Notes: generated by a model not told the origin, from the letters alone. Shown: positions 1 to 13,044, counted from the first letter of the stretch. The stretch: 35,113 bases of DNA from Octopus bimaculoides (GCF_001194135.2 NC_068984.1:2767184-2802296); one strand, 5' to 3'. Numbers and translations are program-made.

Positions 1-159
1 TCTTCTTCTTCTTCTTCTTCTCCTTCTTCTTCTTCTTCTTCTTCTTCTTCTTCTTCTCCTCCTCCTTCCTCTTCTTCTTCTTCTTCTTCTTCTTCTCCTT
101 CTTCTTCTTCTTCTTCTTCTTCTTCTTCTTCTTCTTCTTCTTCTTCTTCTTCTTCTTCT
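1..159. repeat. (TTC)n microsatellite
   Basis: Near-pure TTC array from the window start. Confidence 0.98.
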
Positions 160-365
160 TGTCTTCGTAATGTCCCCCCACCCGTCCAACTTGGTATTAT
201 TTATTCACCATTGTTTATTAATGGAGAATAAATAAAACCAAAGAATTTTTCCAATTCTCCTATTTTGATATTATTACTCTGCAAGAACTATTTCCCACAC
301 ACAAATATAACATCTCCATGCAATTTCTATATATATATATATTTATTTATATTTATAGACTTAAC

Positions 366-368
366 TAC

Positions 369-442
<74 letters not shown>

Positions 443-480
443 GCTTCTATTTATCTATCTATATATCTTATATATCTATA
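366..480. repeat. (TCTA)n/(TCTG)n compound microsatellite
   Basis: Directly visible tetranucleotide arrays. Confidence 0.95.
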
Positions 481-570
481 CCTGTATTTTTTCAATGTGT
501 ACAAATAACACGGAAAAAGAAAAATAGTACCAGGGTAGCAAAAATTCACATAAGTACCAACGATGGCACC

Positions 571-632
571 TTAGGCAACTCTCTTCTACTATAGCTTCAG
601 GCTGGCCATAGCCTTGTGCATGGATTTGATAG
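571..632 (+). mobile_element. Remnant of the central part of a tRNA-derived SINE
   Basis: cttctactatagcttcaggctggccatagccttgtgcatggatttgatag aligns with the reverse complement of 2880-2945 (ttctactacagcctcgaggcgtccaaagacttttgagtgaatttgata). Confidence 0.55.
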
Positions 633-900
633 AGGTGCGTGAGTCATGCAGGCCTGGTCAGCCATCAGAGAACTCACGGGGACCGATCCATGGTAAATTG
701 TGATACGGCTGTTGTTCAAAACAGAACATGTGCAACAAGTGGAAAGGTGTGCCTCTCAGTTGGAGGATTGAAGAGGCATCTCAAAAGAGTTCATACTGTG
801 GCACTTGCTTCCTCTGCCAGCCAGCACAGTTGTGCATTATGCAAGAGAATGTGCAAAACTTTCGCCTGACTCTAGAGTCACACAAGGGACTCACATTGCA
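633..900 (+). pseudogene. Degenerate C2H2 zinc-finger segment, probably the C-terminal fingers of an RTE-type LINE ORF (or a ZNF pseudogene)
   Basis: Translation RCVSHAGLVSHQRTH...CATSGKVCLSVGGLKRHLKRVH...CALCKRMCKTFA*L*SHTRDSH gives three C2H2-like units with in-frame stops. The GLxSHxRxH pattern is typical of RTE C-termini. Confidence 0.6.
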
Positions 901-968
901 TCAACATTGACTCATTTAAATGATTCTTTTCAGCAATGGCTTTGCTCGTATACGAGAAAGCAGCTAAG

Positions 969-974
<6 letters not shown>

Positions 975-1004
<30 letters not shown>

Positions 1005-1240
1005 CTATGAGTGTCTTTGTGTCTGTGTTTGTCCCCCACCACCATCACTTGACAACCGATGCTGGTGTGTTTACGTCTCCGTTACACAGCGGTTCGGCAA
1101 AAGACACCAATAGAATAAGTACTAAAGTTACAAAGAATAATCCTGGAGTCGATCTTTTCGACTAAAAAAAACCCTTTGAGGCTGTGCTACAGCATGGCCA
1201 CCGTCAAACGATTGAAACAAGTAAAAAGAGAAAAGAAAAA
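975..1240 (+). mobile_element. 3' half of an octopus-type SINE (after its internal TG microsatellite)
   Basis: cttgacaaccgatgctggtgtgtttacgtc...agcggttcggcaaaaga...agaataagtac...agcatggccaccgtcaaacgattgaaacaagtaaaaagag. The same body occurs at 2501-2710 (-), 16760-16960 (+), 17695-17880 (-) and 25190-25425 (+). Confidence 0.9.
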
Positions 1241-1243
1241 AAT

Positions 1244-1360
1244 ATCTATCTGTCTCTCTGTCTGCCTGTCTGTCTGTCTGTCTGTCTGTCTGTCTGCCTG
1301 CCTGTCTGTCTGTCTCTCTGTCTGCCTGTCTGTCTGTCTGTCTGTCTCTCTGTTTGTCTG

Positions 1361-1410
<50 letters not shown>

Positions 1411-1490
1411 CCTATCTATCTATCTGAAAAGATAGATAGAAAGATGGAGAGAGAGAGAGAGAGATATACAGAGAGACAGAGAAAGGGGAG
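1244..1490. repeat. (TCTG)n/(TCTA)n/(GA)n compound microsatellite
   Basis: Directly visible. Confidence 0.95.
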
Positions 1491-1737
1491 AGATGCTAGT
1501 GTAAACGTTTGTGTGTGCATGTATGTTATGTGCAGATGTAATGACGTAATGATGACAAACTTAAGTGAGTTAGTGGTTTGGGAATGACGTCATGATTGTC
1601 TTCCAAAGACGTTCTTTTCTTGAGCTTTAGGTAAAAAAATTCAGCTTGTCATAGTGTAATAAAGTAATTACTAAATCTACTCACAAGCACACATATATAC
1701 ACAGACTGACACACGCATAGGCATACATGCATACATG

Positions 1738-1769
<32 letters not shown>

Positions 1770-1984
1770 CATACATACACACATGGAAATGTATTTTAGA
1801 TATATATTTACACATATATATATACACATATATATATACACATATATAAATAAATGTGTGTGTGTGAGTGTGTGTGTATATCAGTGTGTGTGTCTTTGTG
1901 TATATTTATATACATGTACACACACACACGCAGACACATACACATAGATATATACCCGTTGTTGGTAATGATCCGGAGTTGTGC

Positions 1985-2029
<45 letters not shown>

Positions 2030-2500
2030 CGAGCAGTTGTTCATTTCAGGCTGGCACTACCAATGTGTGTGTGTGTGTGTGTGTGTTATGTATGTATATA
2101 TATATATATATATATACATATATATATAAAGAGACAGAGAGAGAAAGAGGGGGGAGAGAAGGGGAGAGAGAGATGGGGAGAGAGAGTGAGAAGGCAGAGA
2201 GGTGGGTATGGTGGTGGGCATTCTATACACAGAAACGAAAAGATCAAAGAATGTTAACATTTTCCCTTCCTTTGTAAACGCGTCTTTTACTATTGTTGTG
2301 TAATCACTGTTAACCGCATACACACCCACGCACGGACACACCCACGTACACACTCGTATACATACTTCCACTTACATATACATACACATATATATACACA
2401 CATATATATATATATGTATACACGGATAATATACACAATAAACACACATTCATAATATACACATGCACAAACTTACGTACACACACACACACACACACAT

Positions 2501-3016
2501 TCTTTTGCTCTTTTATTCCTTTACTGGTTTCAGTCATTTGACTGCGACCATGCTGGTGCACCGCCTTGAAGGGTTTAATTGTTTTAAAACCTTGTACTTA
2601 TTTTATGGGGTCCTTTTGCTGAACCGCAAAAGCTATGGGAACGTAAACACACCAATGCCGGTTGTCAAGCTGTGATGGGGGTACAAACACAAAGACAAAC
2701 AGACACTCATACGCATGCACACACACACACACACACACGCACACACACGCACGCACACACGCACACACACACACACGCACACACNNNNNNNNNNNNNNNN
2801 NNNNCACACACACACACACACACGCACACACACGCACGCACACACGCACACACACACATGCATATATGACGAGCTTCTTTCAATTTCCCTTTATCAAATT
2901 CACTCAAAAGTCTTTGGACGCCTCGAGGCTGTAGTAGAAGATATTTGCCCAAGGCACCATGCACTGGGATTGAACCTGGAACCATGTGGTTGGGAAACAA
3001 GCTTCCTACTACACGC
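2501..3016 (-). mobile_element. Near full-length tRNA-derived SINE with internal (TG)n microsatellite
   Basis: The minus strand reads a tRNA-like head (gtgtagtaggaagc...ccaggttcaatccc, B box), then ccttgggcaa...ttctactacag, (TG)n with a 20-N gap, and the 3' body shared with 975-1240. Confidence 0.88.
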
Positions 3017-3488
3017 ACACACTCACACACTCCCACACACACACAATACAGGCACACATGCACATACACATAATATATATATATATATNNNNNNNNNNGT
3101 CTCATGTTACGAAAATATCTTAATCTCTTAATCTTTCATACCGATCACATGGAGGAATGTTGTTCGTCTCCATTTTGGATGGAGTGTTGAGCACTCATTC
3201 TCATTGTTCGACATTACGTATATATTTACACACTCATACACATATATGACGTCAATATTATATGTATACATCTACCTTTCTCTTTCTCTCTCTCTCTCTC
3301 TCTGTACACACACACACGCACCATCACAACCGCACGCACGGACATAGACACACGCACCCACACAAATATATTAATATTTGTTTCTTATGTAAAGATATAG
3401 AAGCAATCTAACTTAATTTTAGGATTACTGAATACATTTTTTGTGAGTACATATTGATTTTTTTTTGGAAGAAACAAAATCTCTGTGT

Positions 3489-3529
<41 letters not shown>

Positions 3530-4539
3530 NNNNNNNNNNNNNNNNNNNNNNNNNNNNNNNNNNNNNNNNNNNNNNNNNNNNNNNNNNNNNNNNNNNNNNN
3601 NNNNNNNNNNNNNNNNNNNNNNNNNNNNNNNNNNNNNNNNNNNNNNNNNNNNNNNNNNNNNNNNNNNNNNNNNNNNNNNNNNNNNNNNNNNNNNNNNNNN
3701 NNNNNNNNNNNNNNNNNNNNNNNNNNNNNNNNNNNNNNNNNNNNNNNNNNNNNNNNNNNNNNNNNNNNNNNNNNNNNNNNNNNNNNNNNNNNNNNNNNNN
3801 NNNNNNNNNNNNNNNNNNNNNNNNNNNNNNNNNNNNNNNNNNNNNNNNNNNNNTTTCGAAGTCTGGGTTCTGTTAGAAGTCTCCCAACAGTTTCACCTTT
3901 ATTTTGTTTTATTTTGTTGTGTTAATTACTATCAGTAGCATCATGTGTGACCACAAGAATGCATCGCTCATGCGCAGTCAAACAATCCGCCATTTATAAT
4001 AAATGCCGGATAAAACGTCTTTGTTAGTCGACGACTTATATTTATCTCTGTTGGTTGATCCAGCTATGAATATAGGCATACTTGCAGACTTCTACTTTAT
4101 CTCTTTGATTTTATTCTACACGGGATTTCAGAAATGTTATGTGACATTATGGGTTAGTGTTGATAAAGATGGAATGGCGAGTTAAATACAAAGAAATATT
4201 TTTAATGTTTTTAAAATGCTAAACGATAATAATTTACAGTCGTGATGTGCATTTATGCAATTAGATGTGAGGGTGGAATACAGGATAAAGAAATAGTCGA
4301 GGCAAAACGTGTCTTATAAACCCGATGATATATAACTTCCTACCATAAATTACAATATTTTTAAAAGAAGCTGAAATCCAGAAGTTTTATGTTTTAGAAA
4401 GTTTCCAGAAACATCTATTCACATTTAAGCGCGAAAACTAAAATCTTCGTATTTAGTGAGGAGTTAACTCCGTCTTAGAACTAATGCCAAGAAACACAAT
4501 TGGCTCCAAAATATAACAGTTTTGTGAAATGTTTGGATG

Positions 4540-5300
4540 GAATCTTGCCATTCTCAAGTTAGCCATAGTATTACTGTATCTCCCCCTTCCATCATGGAAC
4601 TGGCTATACATAGGGACTCCTGGAATTCTTTTGTCACTTATTCTGACAATATGACTAATCCATCTTCATGGAGATTGCAAAAGACAGAATTCAATGCCAC
4701 CAATTTTACATTTAGAAAATCGATCAGTATTAAAAATTCAATCATTCAGGCTCTATCCCCAGATGGTCCAAAGACATCGACAATGAAAGACATTAAACTG
4801 ATTGATATATGATTGATAGGGCACCCAAGATTCTGATGTGTACAGGAGAGCAGAATGGGCCATTTTTATACGTCGTTCATTAAAGCTGTTTGCCGAATAC
4901 ATTTGTAAGCTTTGGTTATGCGGTTGACCATTTCATCATCAAGAGACGCAGATATGCTCTCCAGATATGTGAATGTCTTTAAATGTTTCATGTTTTTGCC
5001 ATTGTACATCTGAATTGAGACCACCATAAGAGAGGTGCTGCAAGACGGAAAAGAAAAGTGCGAAAAGAGAAGTGGTGCCATTCTGCAGTCCTTTTTTTTT
5101 TGTGCCGCTCGAAACGTTAAAAGAACTTAAAAGTTGATCGTCTGATAAAACAGAAGCTTTCATTCCTGCATCAAAGGGAATAAAACCATTTGAGGTTTTT
5201 TTTTTTTTTTGAGAACTATCCAAAGAACATTTTTGTCGACAGCATTGAACAGTTTGGTCAGAACTATAAAACCATAAACAGTTCAGGATTGTTCTCACAA
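4540..5300 (-). mobile_element. Degenerate RTE-clade LINE reverse transcriptase / C-terminal fragment
   Basis: Minus-strand peptides across frameshifts: FDAGMKASV...FNVSSG..K/QG...APLLFS, TFTYLESISASLDDEMVNRITKA, LLYTSESWVPYQSYINQFNVFHCRCLWTIW, RWISHIVRISDKRIP. These match the RTE motifs FHDGM..V, GVKQGCVLAP.LF, FTYLGS..., LLYGSETW, FH.RCLR.I and RWAGHV.RM.D.R.PK. Confidence 0.88.
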
Positions 5301-5459
5301 ACTTTCTCAGTAATTAGAGGAAGGTAGAAGGAGTGTGGGTGAGGTGGAGACGGAAAGGGAGAGAGAGAGAGGAAGAGATGACAATATTTCTGTCGGTATT
5401 TGGGAAACCTACAAAGTCATGATTCACTCCTCTTTCATTGTGTGCGTCTGTGTGTGAGT

Positions 5460-5547
<88 letters not shown>
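5460..5547. repeat. (GA)n microsatellite
   Basis: Directly visible. Confidence 0.97.
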
Positions 5548-5552
<5 letters not shown>

Positions 5553-5741
5553 TATTTGTGTGTGTATCACTTATTTCATTGCATTGCCGTGCAAGACAAG
5601 AAATATATTTCTAGCTTAGGGTTTGTTAGAAAACGTTTTCCTGTCTGCGTTGTAGATTTATAAACAGAATGTAACAAAAGACTCTCTTTCTTTCCCTCTT
5701 TCGCTGAATACACACACACACACACACACACATGCACACGC

Positions 5742-5782
<41 letters not shown>

Positions 5783-7089
5783 CTGTAGTAAGCCAACATG
5801 TAACACAGTTTTTCCTCGCATTATTAAGATTTACATGGAGCTGATCAAAGTTTCAGCTGGAGCGGTTTCACACTACGTTCATGGCAAACCTTTGAAGATG
5901 CGAGAAGCACAAAAAACAACATAAAACAAACATGAGTCGGAGTAAAAAAAACAAACATAATGGTCTGCATTGGTAAAAATAGTTAATAAAATTTATAAAT
6001 CGATTAAGTTTGCGTGAGAAGAGTTCTACAGAGAACTCTACATGCATTTGTTTTCTTGTTAAAACTGAATCAAACTAGTTTTATTGTGATATTAGCGACG
6101 TTTTCTCAATATGTTATATTAAGGATTGCGAATTTGTGAAATTAGACGCCAAGCACGGAAATACTAAATTAAGTTAAATGAAATGAAATTATATTACCTC
6201 TTGTCGGTTTATGAGGTAAAGTAAATGTAATTATAGCACTTGGTCCTATCGCTTTGTCTCTTGGAGTGCTATGATGTTTATTTGATTTTCTTGTTGTGGC
6301 TGGCATACTTTCTCGTTAATGGTGCGTTCGGAAAAAAGAAAAATTAGTTATAGAAAAACATAACATCACAGAGAAAACAATGTTAAAATAATTGTCCTTT
6401 CAGATCCGAACTGTAAAAGTGAATGGCTTTGTATTACAAGGAATTACCGTCTTTTATTTATTTAGATTTTTTATTCGTTGTACTTATTAGAAATGTTAAA
6501 AGCTTTTTAACTTCCATTCTGACCTAAAACTAAAAAAACACACTAACATGGCACTTCACGGTTTTAATAGCAACTAACAAAAACTCACTTTTACTCAGCC
6601 ATGGTCAATTTTAATAAACGGAAAATATTTTTAACTTCACGAATATTTCACAGAATTTTGTTATGAAAAGATAAACCGCCGAAAAATTAGTCCTGAAACT
6701 CAGCTTTCAGTTCCAATGATAACAATTGACTTTTAGTTTCGTCCCTATTAATTCTCTTAGAAAGGAATGAACATCACAGATTCCATTTTCCCATCGTTGG
6801 TGTTAGGAAAGTTAATTACTTTCAGAGTGAATACAGTAATTGTCATTTAATCCCAGTTCAGAAATGACCTAGCAAGCCACGGATCAGTGACCTACCAGCT
6901 ATGACCACACCATTCTTTTTCAGGGATTGTATTTCTACAACCATGCAACGTGCAATTTGAGGGAAATTTGGCTACTATTTCTACCAAGTCAGCTGATCGC
7001 ATTGAGGCTCTTCTGTTGAGGTGGATCGGACTGAGGAGATGGATGGCACTGGTTACCAATTTAATTTTATATCACATTCAGATAAAAAA

Positions 7090-7500
7090 ATAAATTAATG
7101 ACTGCACTAAATAATTACTAAGACAACTAACTTACTAACTAAACTAACTGCATTAAACAACCACTAACTGTATTAAATAACTGCACTAACTTACTAATTA
7201 AGTATTAAGATTACTAACTTAGTAAATACTTTAAACTAATTAACATAGTATATAAACCAACTGTGTTAAGAGACAGTATTAACTAGAGGCTCTACTAGCA
7301 AACAAACTAAACAGACCAAATAACAACCTACCTACCTACCTACCTACCTACCTACCTACCTACCTAACTAACTAACTAATTAACTAACCGATTGAATGAC
7401 TAACTAACTAACTAGATATACGAACTCTACTATCTAAATTACTGTTCTAACTATAGCAACCGATTTGACTATCTGTAAAAACTAAACTTATGATGCGTAT
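7090..7500. repeat. Low-complexity ACTA/CCTA-rich array
   Basis: Degenerate (ACTA)n with a pure (CCTA)n core at about 7327-7365. Confidence 0.8.
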
Positions 7501-7537
7501 CGTGTGATAATGCTAATACCACTACTAATAATAGTAG

Positions 7538-7904
7538 AAACAAGGGAGCTCAGAGAGCGCGAACCTCCGCCACGGCAGCACCAACGTCCTCCTCTCAACG
7601 ATTGGCCAGAGAAGGTTTTTAAAATGAGAACATCTGAAATAAACTCGATTTCTCTCACAAACGAGAATACTAAAAATGAACCCGACCGCTCTCAAAGTTT
7701 AAGTAAAAAACAGGAAAAATAATCCAGAATCCTTGTCAGGGACCGAATCGATCCCAAAATCTAATCAGTTTGTGCCAGTAACGAGGTCAAACATCCCTGA
7801 AAGTTTCATTCGAATCCATCCAGCGGTTCTTGAGATATCTTGTCTATGGACAAACAAACAAACAACTGAAAACAATACCTCCCCATTCGCTAAGGCGGAG
7901 GTAA
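7538..7904 (+). mobile_element. Non-autonomous Helentron-like element (HINE/DINE-1 type)
   Basis: Subterminal inverted repeat ACCTCCGCC (7563-7571) / GGCGGAGGT (7894-7902); 3' hairpin TACCTCC (7876-7882) / GGAGGTA (7897-7903); aaagtttcattcgaatccatccagcggttcttgagatatc motif followed by (ACAA)n. This layout is typical of HINEs. Confidence 0.75.
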
Positions 7905-8454
7905 TAATATGTCAAGCAATAAAACTGATAGCAATAATAATAATTAGCACAATAACTACAATGATCATCTATAAGTGACGATAATTGAAATGATAGACAC
8001 CCACAATCGCAGAGCTAATTTTATTAAGAACACAAACAGATTGTATATTGTACAAACTATTAATATTAATTAGAAGAAAAATAGGAAAAGAAGTATCACA
8101 TGTATAATCCTCCTTTGTCTTTACATGCTGAAACTTACACATCTAAACATTCTTTGAAACTTCTCAGCTAGGCGTAAATACCGCCAAATTTTCAATAAAT
8201 TTACTGTTAAACTTTCTTACTCTACAACCCCCCAATTTAGCAGATATCAGTATTAACTTTCCTAAGCGTTAACTAATTACTAAAAGCAATAATTATGAAA
8301 GAAAAAATACGGATAATATCGCTGTTAGCAACAGGATTGATAACTTCTATCAGTATCGCCATAGAAATATAGAAGTGTGTGAATCTGTTTTTATTCCTTT
8401 TTACAAAACACCATTCGCACATCGAGGGGAAGGATAATACAATTAAGAAGGCAA

Positions 8455-8786
8455 AGACTCCCTTTCGTCATGAAAGATCATGGAATTGTTCTAAGATAGT
8501 TCCCCTTTGAGATACAAGTCCGACCAAGGTTGTTTGTGGAAGACCAGCTGTTGTCCATACATACCAGCATCTCCTCACCACGCCACCGATATTATCCAAG
8601 GGAACGGCAAAGGCCGACATAGCATGGCACCAGTGACGTCGCAGCTCATTTCTACAGCTGAGTGAACTGGAGCAACGTGAAATAGAGTGTCTTGCTCAAG
8701 GACGCAACAGACAGCTGAGTCCGAGAATCGAACTCACAATCTCTCAATTGTAAGCCTGACGCTCTAGCCACTGAGCCATGCGCCTT
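8455..8786 (-). mobile_element. Full-length tRNA-derived SINE with CORE-like central domain
   Basis: Minus strand: A box tggctcagtgg, B box gagttcgattc, then gtccttgagcaagacact...ttcacgttgctccagttcactcagctg. This central domain is shared with 12648-12944 but the tail differs. Confidence 0.88.
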
Positions 8787-8900
8787 AACTAATACAATCT
8801 TATCATTGGTGATAAAGTTAATTACAAGCATTTGTGTTCATTTAACGAAAGTAGTAAAATGCAACCATTAGAGAGATATTACCACTGAGGGCATAAAAGC

Positions 8901-9185
8901 CTGGGTAACAAAACACACGTCTTCCCAAACATTAAACAAGACTGCATGGTGAATAGGCCTATGGCAAATAGCACATCACTATCTACTAATCTGTGTAATG
9001 CAAAATTATGTACCTGTAGAGTAGCTAATGAATGTCTTCTTAATGGGAGACTTCCTAAGGCAAAATATAGTCTATAAATGAAAATCGGTCGCCATAACAG
9101 TATACAATATAATATGGGTTCCATTTTTAATCTCTTCAAAAACTGTGACTTACCGCAGAAGCATTCTCATATTTTTCGTCTCACA
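8901..9185 (+). pseudogene. Degenerate Penelope-like element linker plus GIY-YIG endonuclease start
   Basis: FPNIKQ...KLCTCRVANECLLNGR / FLRQNIVYK* / KIGRHNSIQYNMGSIFNLFKN...QKHSHIFR across two frameshifts resembles the PLE pattern MPNLK...CNCR....CPLNGKCL...IVYK......YIGST...FK.R...HK.SF. Confidence 0.68.
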
Positions 9186-9240
9186 TTTACGCCAGCTTCG
9201 ATCGATATATTCTTTTATTATACTTATGAGACCATGTTTT

Positions 9241-9286
<46 letters not shown>

Positions 9287-10059
9287 ACACACACACACAT
9301 ACACACTTACTTTCCCCGATCTACGCTTGTATATGTAATTCTTTAAGGTGCGCAAAAATATTCACATGCATATTCCTACACACACACTGAGATACACAAA
9401 TACACATGGGCACAGACTTGTGTGTGTGTATGTGTGTACGCGCGTGTGTGTGAGTGTGTATGTGTATAGTGTGTGTGTGTGTGTGTGTGTGAGTATATAT
9501 GTGTGTATTTTGTGCAACTTGAAGGCATACCTATATGCATTGAGTGGAGAAAGTATATATATACATATATATATACATACATGTTTTCATATATACATAT
9601 TTTTTCTAAAATCTATACATATGTATACATGTGTGTGTATATATACAAAGATGTATACAAAGATGTATACAAAGATATATATATATATGTTTGTGTGTGT
9701 GTGTGTGTGTATACATGCATGTATTGCGATTGAACTCCCAACCCGAATGCTAAGATTCTTATCAGATAAACTAAAAATCGTTAGAATGTCCTCATCTTTA
9801 TTTATCTTTATCTCTGCTTCGTGTAGTTTAGTATAAACAGTATTTATGTTTAAAGTCAGTCATAAAGAGAGAAAGAGGGAGAGAGAGAGGGAGAGAGAGA
9901 GGGAGAGAGAGAGNNNNNNNNNNNNNNNNNNNNNNNNNNNNNNNNNNNNNNNNNNNNNNNNNNNNNNNNNNNNNNNNNNNNNNNNNNNNNNNNNNNNNNN
10001 NNNNNNNNNNNNNNNNNNNNNNNNNNNNNNNNNNNNNNNNNNNNNNNNNNNNNNNNNNN

Positions 10060-10122
<63 letters not shown>

Positions 10123-11789
10123 GCTCGCGCATGCGTATGTATACATGTTCTACATGTTCATTCACAAAGAAATAACAATGGGGTAAATAGCACTATATGC
10201 AACATACACATTCGCTCTGTGACTTCTTCTCCTGTCTCTATCTTCTCTACTTCTTCTTCTATACCGGCCTCTACTCTGAGTTTATCTCTCTTTATATTTT
10301 GTGTTTCTAGAAACGTTAAGAGATGAGAAAGGAAGCTTTGCCCATGAAATTTGAATGTGACATTAGCCTTGACCTTGCCAATCGTTCAATGACCTTCTCA
10401 TCTGGTGATGCTGGCGTGGTTGATTTTGGACACGAACCGATTTAGGTCGATGTTTGCTGGGATATCGTGTGTATGGGAAGAAATCTAATGAGATGCTCCT
10501 TCGTGGAAAAAAGGGTGAGTGTAGGGTGTTGGTGGAATTTAGTCACAGATTAAGCCTGCTCGGTTTGATCTATGAAATAGACAGGACAGCATGGCCAACA
10601 CGTCTTAATAAACATCTCGAATTATTTTGGCAACGTACTTCGAGACGAATGATATCGATTCGTGGAAATTTTGCTGCTATTTCTAGCAGGGTGATTGACA
10701 CCATAGAAGCTGTTTCGATGGTTTATGGTAACAGAGACAGATAGGATGGTTTATGAGTGGTTTAGGAGAAGACACGGTTGTAGTTCATAAAGAAATGGAG
10801 AGAAGAAACAACATGACGGTCATTGAGCGTCACGTAAGTAAATTAATTAACCAATGTCCTTATTTGGTGATGTCATCAAAACCATTTGTATGCATGCGTG
10901 TATAATCTTACAGAAATCATGTTCCAATGGGGATTTTACTTGAATTTTGTGGAGAATTATCCATTGATTAAGATTGAAGCAATTCCTAGTCGCGAAGAGA
11001 TGTCATAGTTCCTGCGATAAAGCTTACCAAAATACATATTTGTGACATCACTCTGACTTAATATAGTGTCAATGCGTAGCGGCAGCTTTCACAGTTGATA
11101 GCTCTGTAGGTGTGTTTCTAGTTTTGTTGTTCTCCATCTGCCTCGCCATCATCTCTTACCTTTTAGACTCCACACTTTTATAAAACAGCGTCTCTTGAAA
11201 TTCCCTTATTCAGTTATTGATCTTCTGGGACAGTCGATTCCAGCATTGTTTCAACCGAATCTACCTCAGTAACCGCACAATTTATATAAAATTAATAATC
11301 TTATGCCCATTATTCCCTCTCACTATATTATACGTCTTATATATTAAACAAGCAAAAGTAGAATCGTAAACAGATAGGATGCTGTGTTCCATATTAAATT
11401 CTGAAATTATTCACTGACTCTAAAAGCTCATATTGGAAGATCCATTTCAACCTTAATCCGATTTATTAACGTAGAAGTTACATTATGTGTGTATTTTTGT
11501 GCAACTTGAATACATACCTATATGCATAGAGTGGAAAAAGTATATATATATATTTTTTCTCAGCAAGATTTATATCCTTAAAACTATAGAGATTCCTCAA
11601 CGCTGTATGCAAAGTCACGTGATTTGCTAGAAGTTGCAGCCAAGTTCCTTCAAATATAATCTCGCATATTCAGTCATAAAGATCACATTGAGAAATAACC
11701 CGGAAATCGCGATACACAGATATTGTTTTGAGCTGAGTGGGGGTGGTAGATTCCCTTGTTCGAAAATATAAGGACACGAATTATGTCGC

Positions 11790-11885
11790 ATAGCCAGCTG
11801 GAGACAATGTCTCCTGGGGCTAAATTACAGCAACATTCGTCCTAAACCAGGACTGCCACATTATGTTGGCAAACAATCTTTACTA
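11790..11885. mobile_element. Solo terminal-inverted-repeat arm of the MITE family at 23733-24140
   Basis: atagccagctggagacaatgtctcctggggctaaa...aggactgccacattatgttggca aligns with 24044-24140 (atagccagctggaaaagatgttttcctggggctaaa...aggactgtcacattctgttggca). Confidence 0.72.
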
Positions 11886-12647
11886 CAAAGTACTGTTGCC
11901 GTATATCGCACGTTGTGAAATTTAAAAATAGTAATTTTCTAACATTGCGTAATGTTTCAGAAAAAATAAATCCTGAATGACGTTCACCACATGACCGTCT
12001 TTGATTGCTAGCCTGGCTGACCAGCGTTGACTTGGGTCCAAACAACAATGACAGCAATTATTTAGGTTGGGAACTCTCTGTGGAGTAAATAAGAATCTCT
12101 AAGAAAGCTTAACCCAAGCTAGAGTTTCAGTCGTAAGTTGAAACCATTTCTCTCTAGATGCACCGAAAATGGACCTCAGGAGGGGCAGAACGTCCAAATT
12201 TGGCCAATGACATTCTTTCATAAAAACAAGAACGGAAGAAACATTTTTGATGGCTTTGTCAGAGGCGGAACAATATTGCTTATGAATTTTGGTTGAGTTT
12301 CAAAAACTGGAGGACGAAAAATCGAGAACTTATCACATGTTACATGCTGCAAATGCTATTGCATTAGCAAGATGTCACGTGTCAGGAGATCAGGTTACGC
12401 AGAGGCTAGAATCCTGGTCGTGATGAAACAGTGGACTTTGCCAAAGGTGTCCAAGGTTCAGGTGGTGGTATTAAACAGGATGGACTCAACCTAACGCCTA
12501 GGAAACTGGTCAAGTGGGCAACTGTACAACTTCAGTTCCTTGGCTACATAATCGATAAGCATTATAGAAAAAAAAAATGGAATAACTAATTTGAAAACAT
12601 AAGAAAATATTTTTGCTGTGTCAAATATTTTAGCAAACATACGTATG

Positions 12648-12944
12648 AAGGCGCGTGACTGAGTGGCGAAGTGCATTCGACCCAAGATCGTGAGGTTCGA
12701 TTCTCGGCTAAGCGTTGTGTCCTTGAGCAAGACACTTTAATTCACGTTGCTCTCGTCCACTCAGTTGGCAAAACTGAGTTGTACCATTAATTCAAAGGCC
12801 AACTTCTTCACATTCTGTATCACGCCGCATCTCCCCGAGAACTACGCTATGTGTACGCGTGTCTTTGGAGTACTCAACCACTTTTAGGTAATGCTTCACG
12901 AACAGGATCAACTAGAACACTCATCGTAACCGACGGAGTGCCAC
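12648..12944 (+). mobile_element. Full-length tRNA-derived SINE with CORE-like domain
   Basis: ggcgcgtgactgagtggc (A-box-like), aggttcgattctc (B box), gtgtccttgagcaagacact, and tail ccccgagaactacg...gtaaccgacggagtgcca shared with 13365-13535 and 16963-17230. Confidence 0.88.
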
Positions 12945-13044
12945 TGTAAAAGTCTTAGTAGAGTACTCAATACCCAATGGATTCATATTTAGAGCAATGA
13001 ACTATTCTCGAGACATGGTTCTCTAAGACATTCCTCTAAGCTGG

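Noticed and set aside
7090-7500. ACTA-rich tract as a telomere-like array
   Set aside because: No TTAGGG or other regular telomeric unit; ordinary low-complexity decay.
10311-10835. Plus-strand exon candidates (acceptors 10310 and 10446; donors 10515 and about 10833)
   Set aside because: The frames stop early or give unrecognisable peptides, and no compatible partner exons were found.
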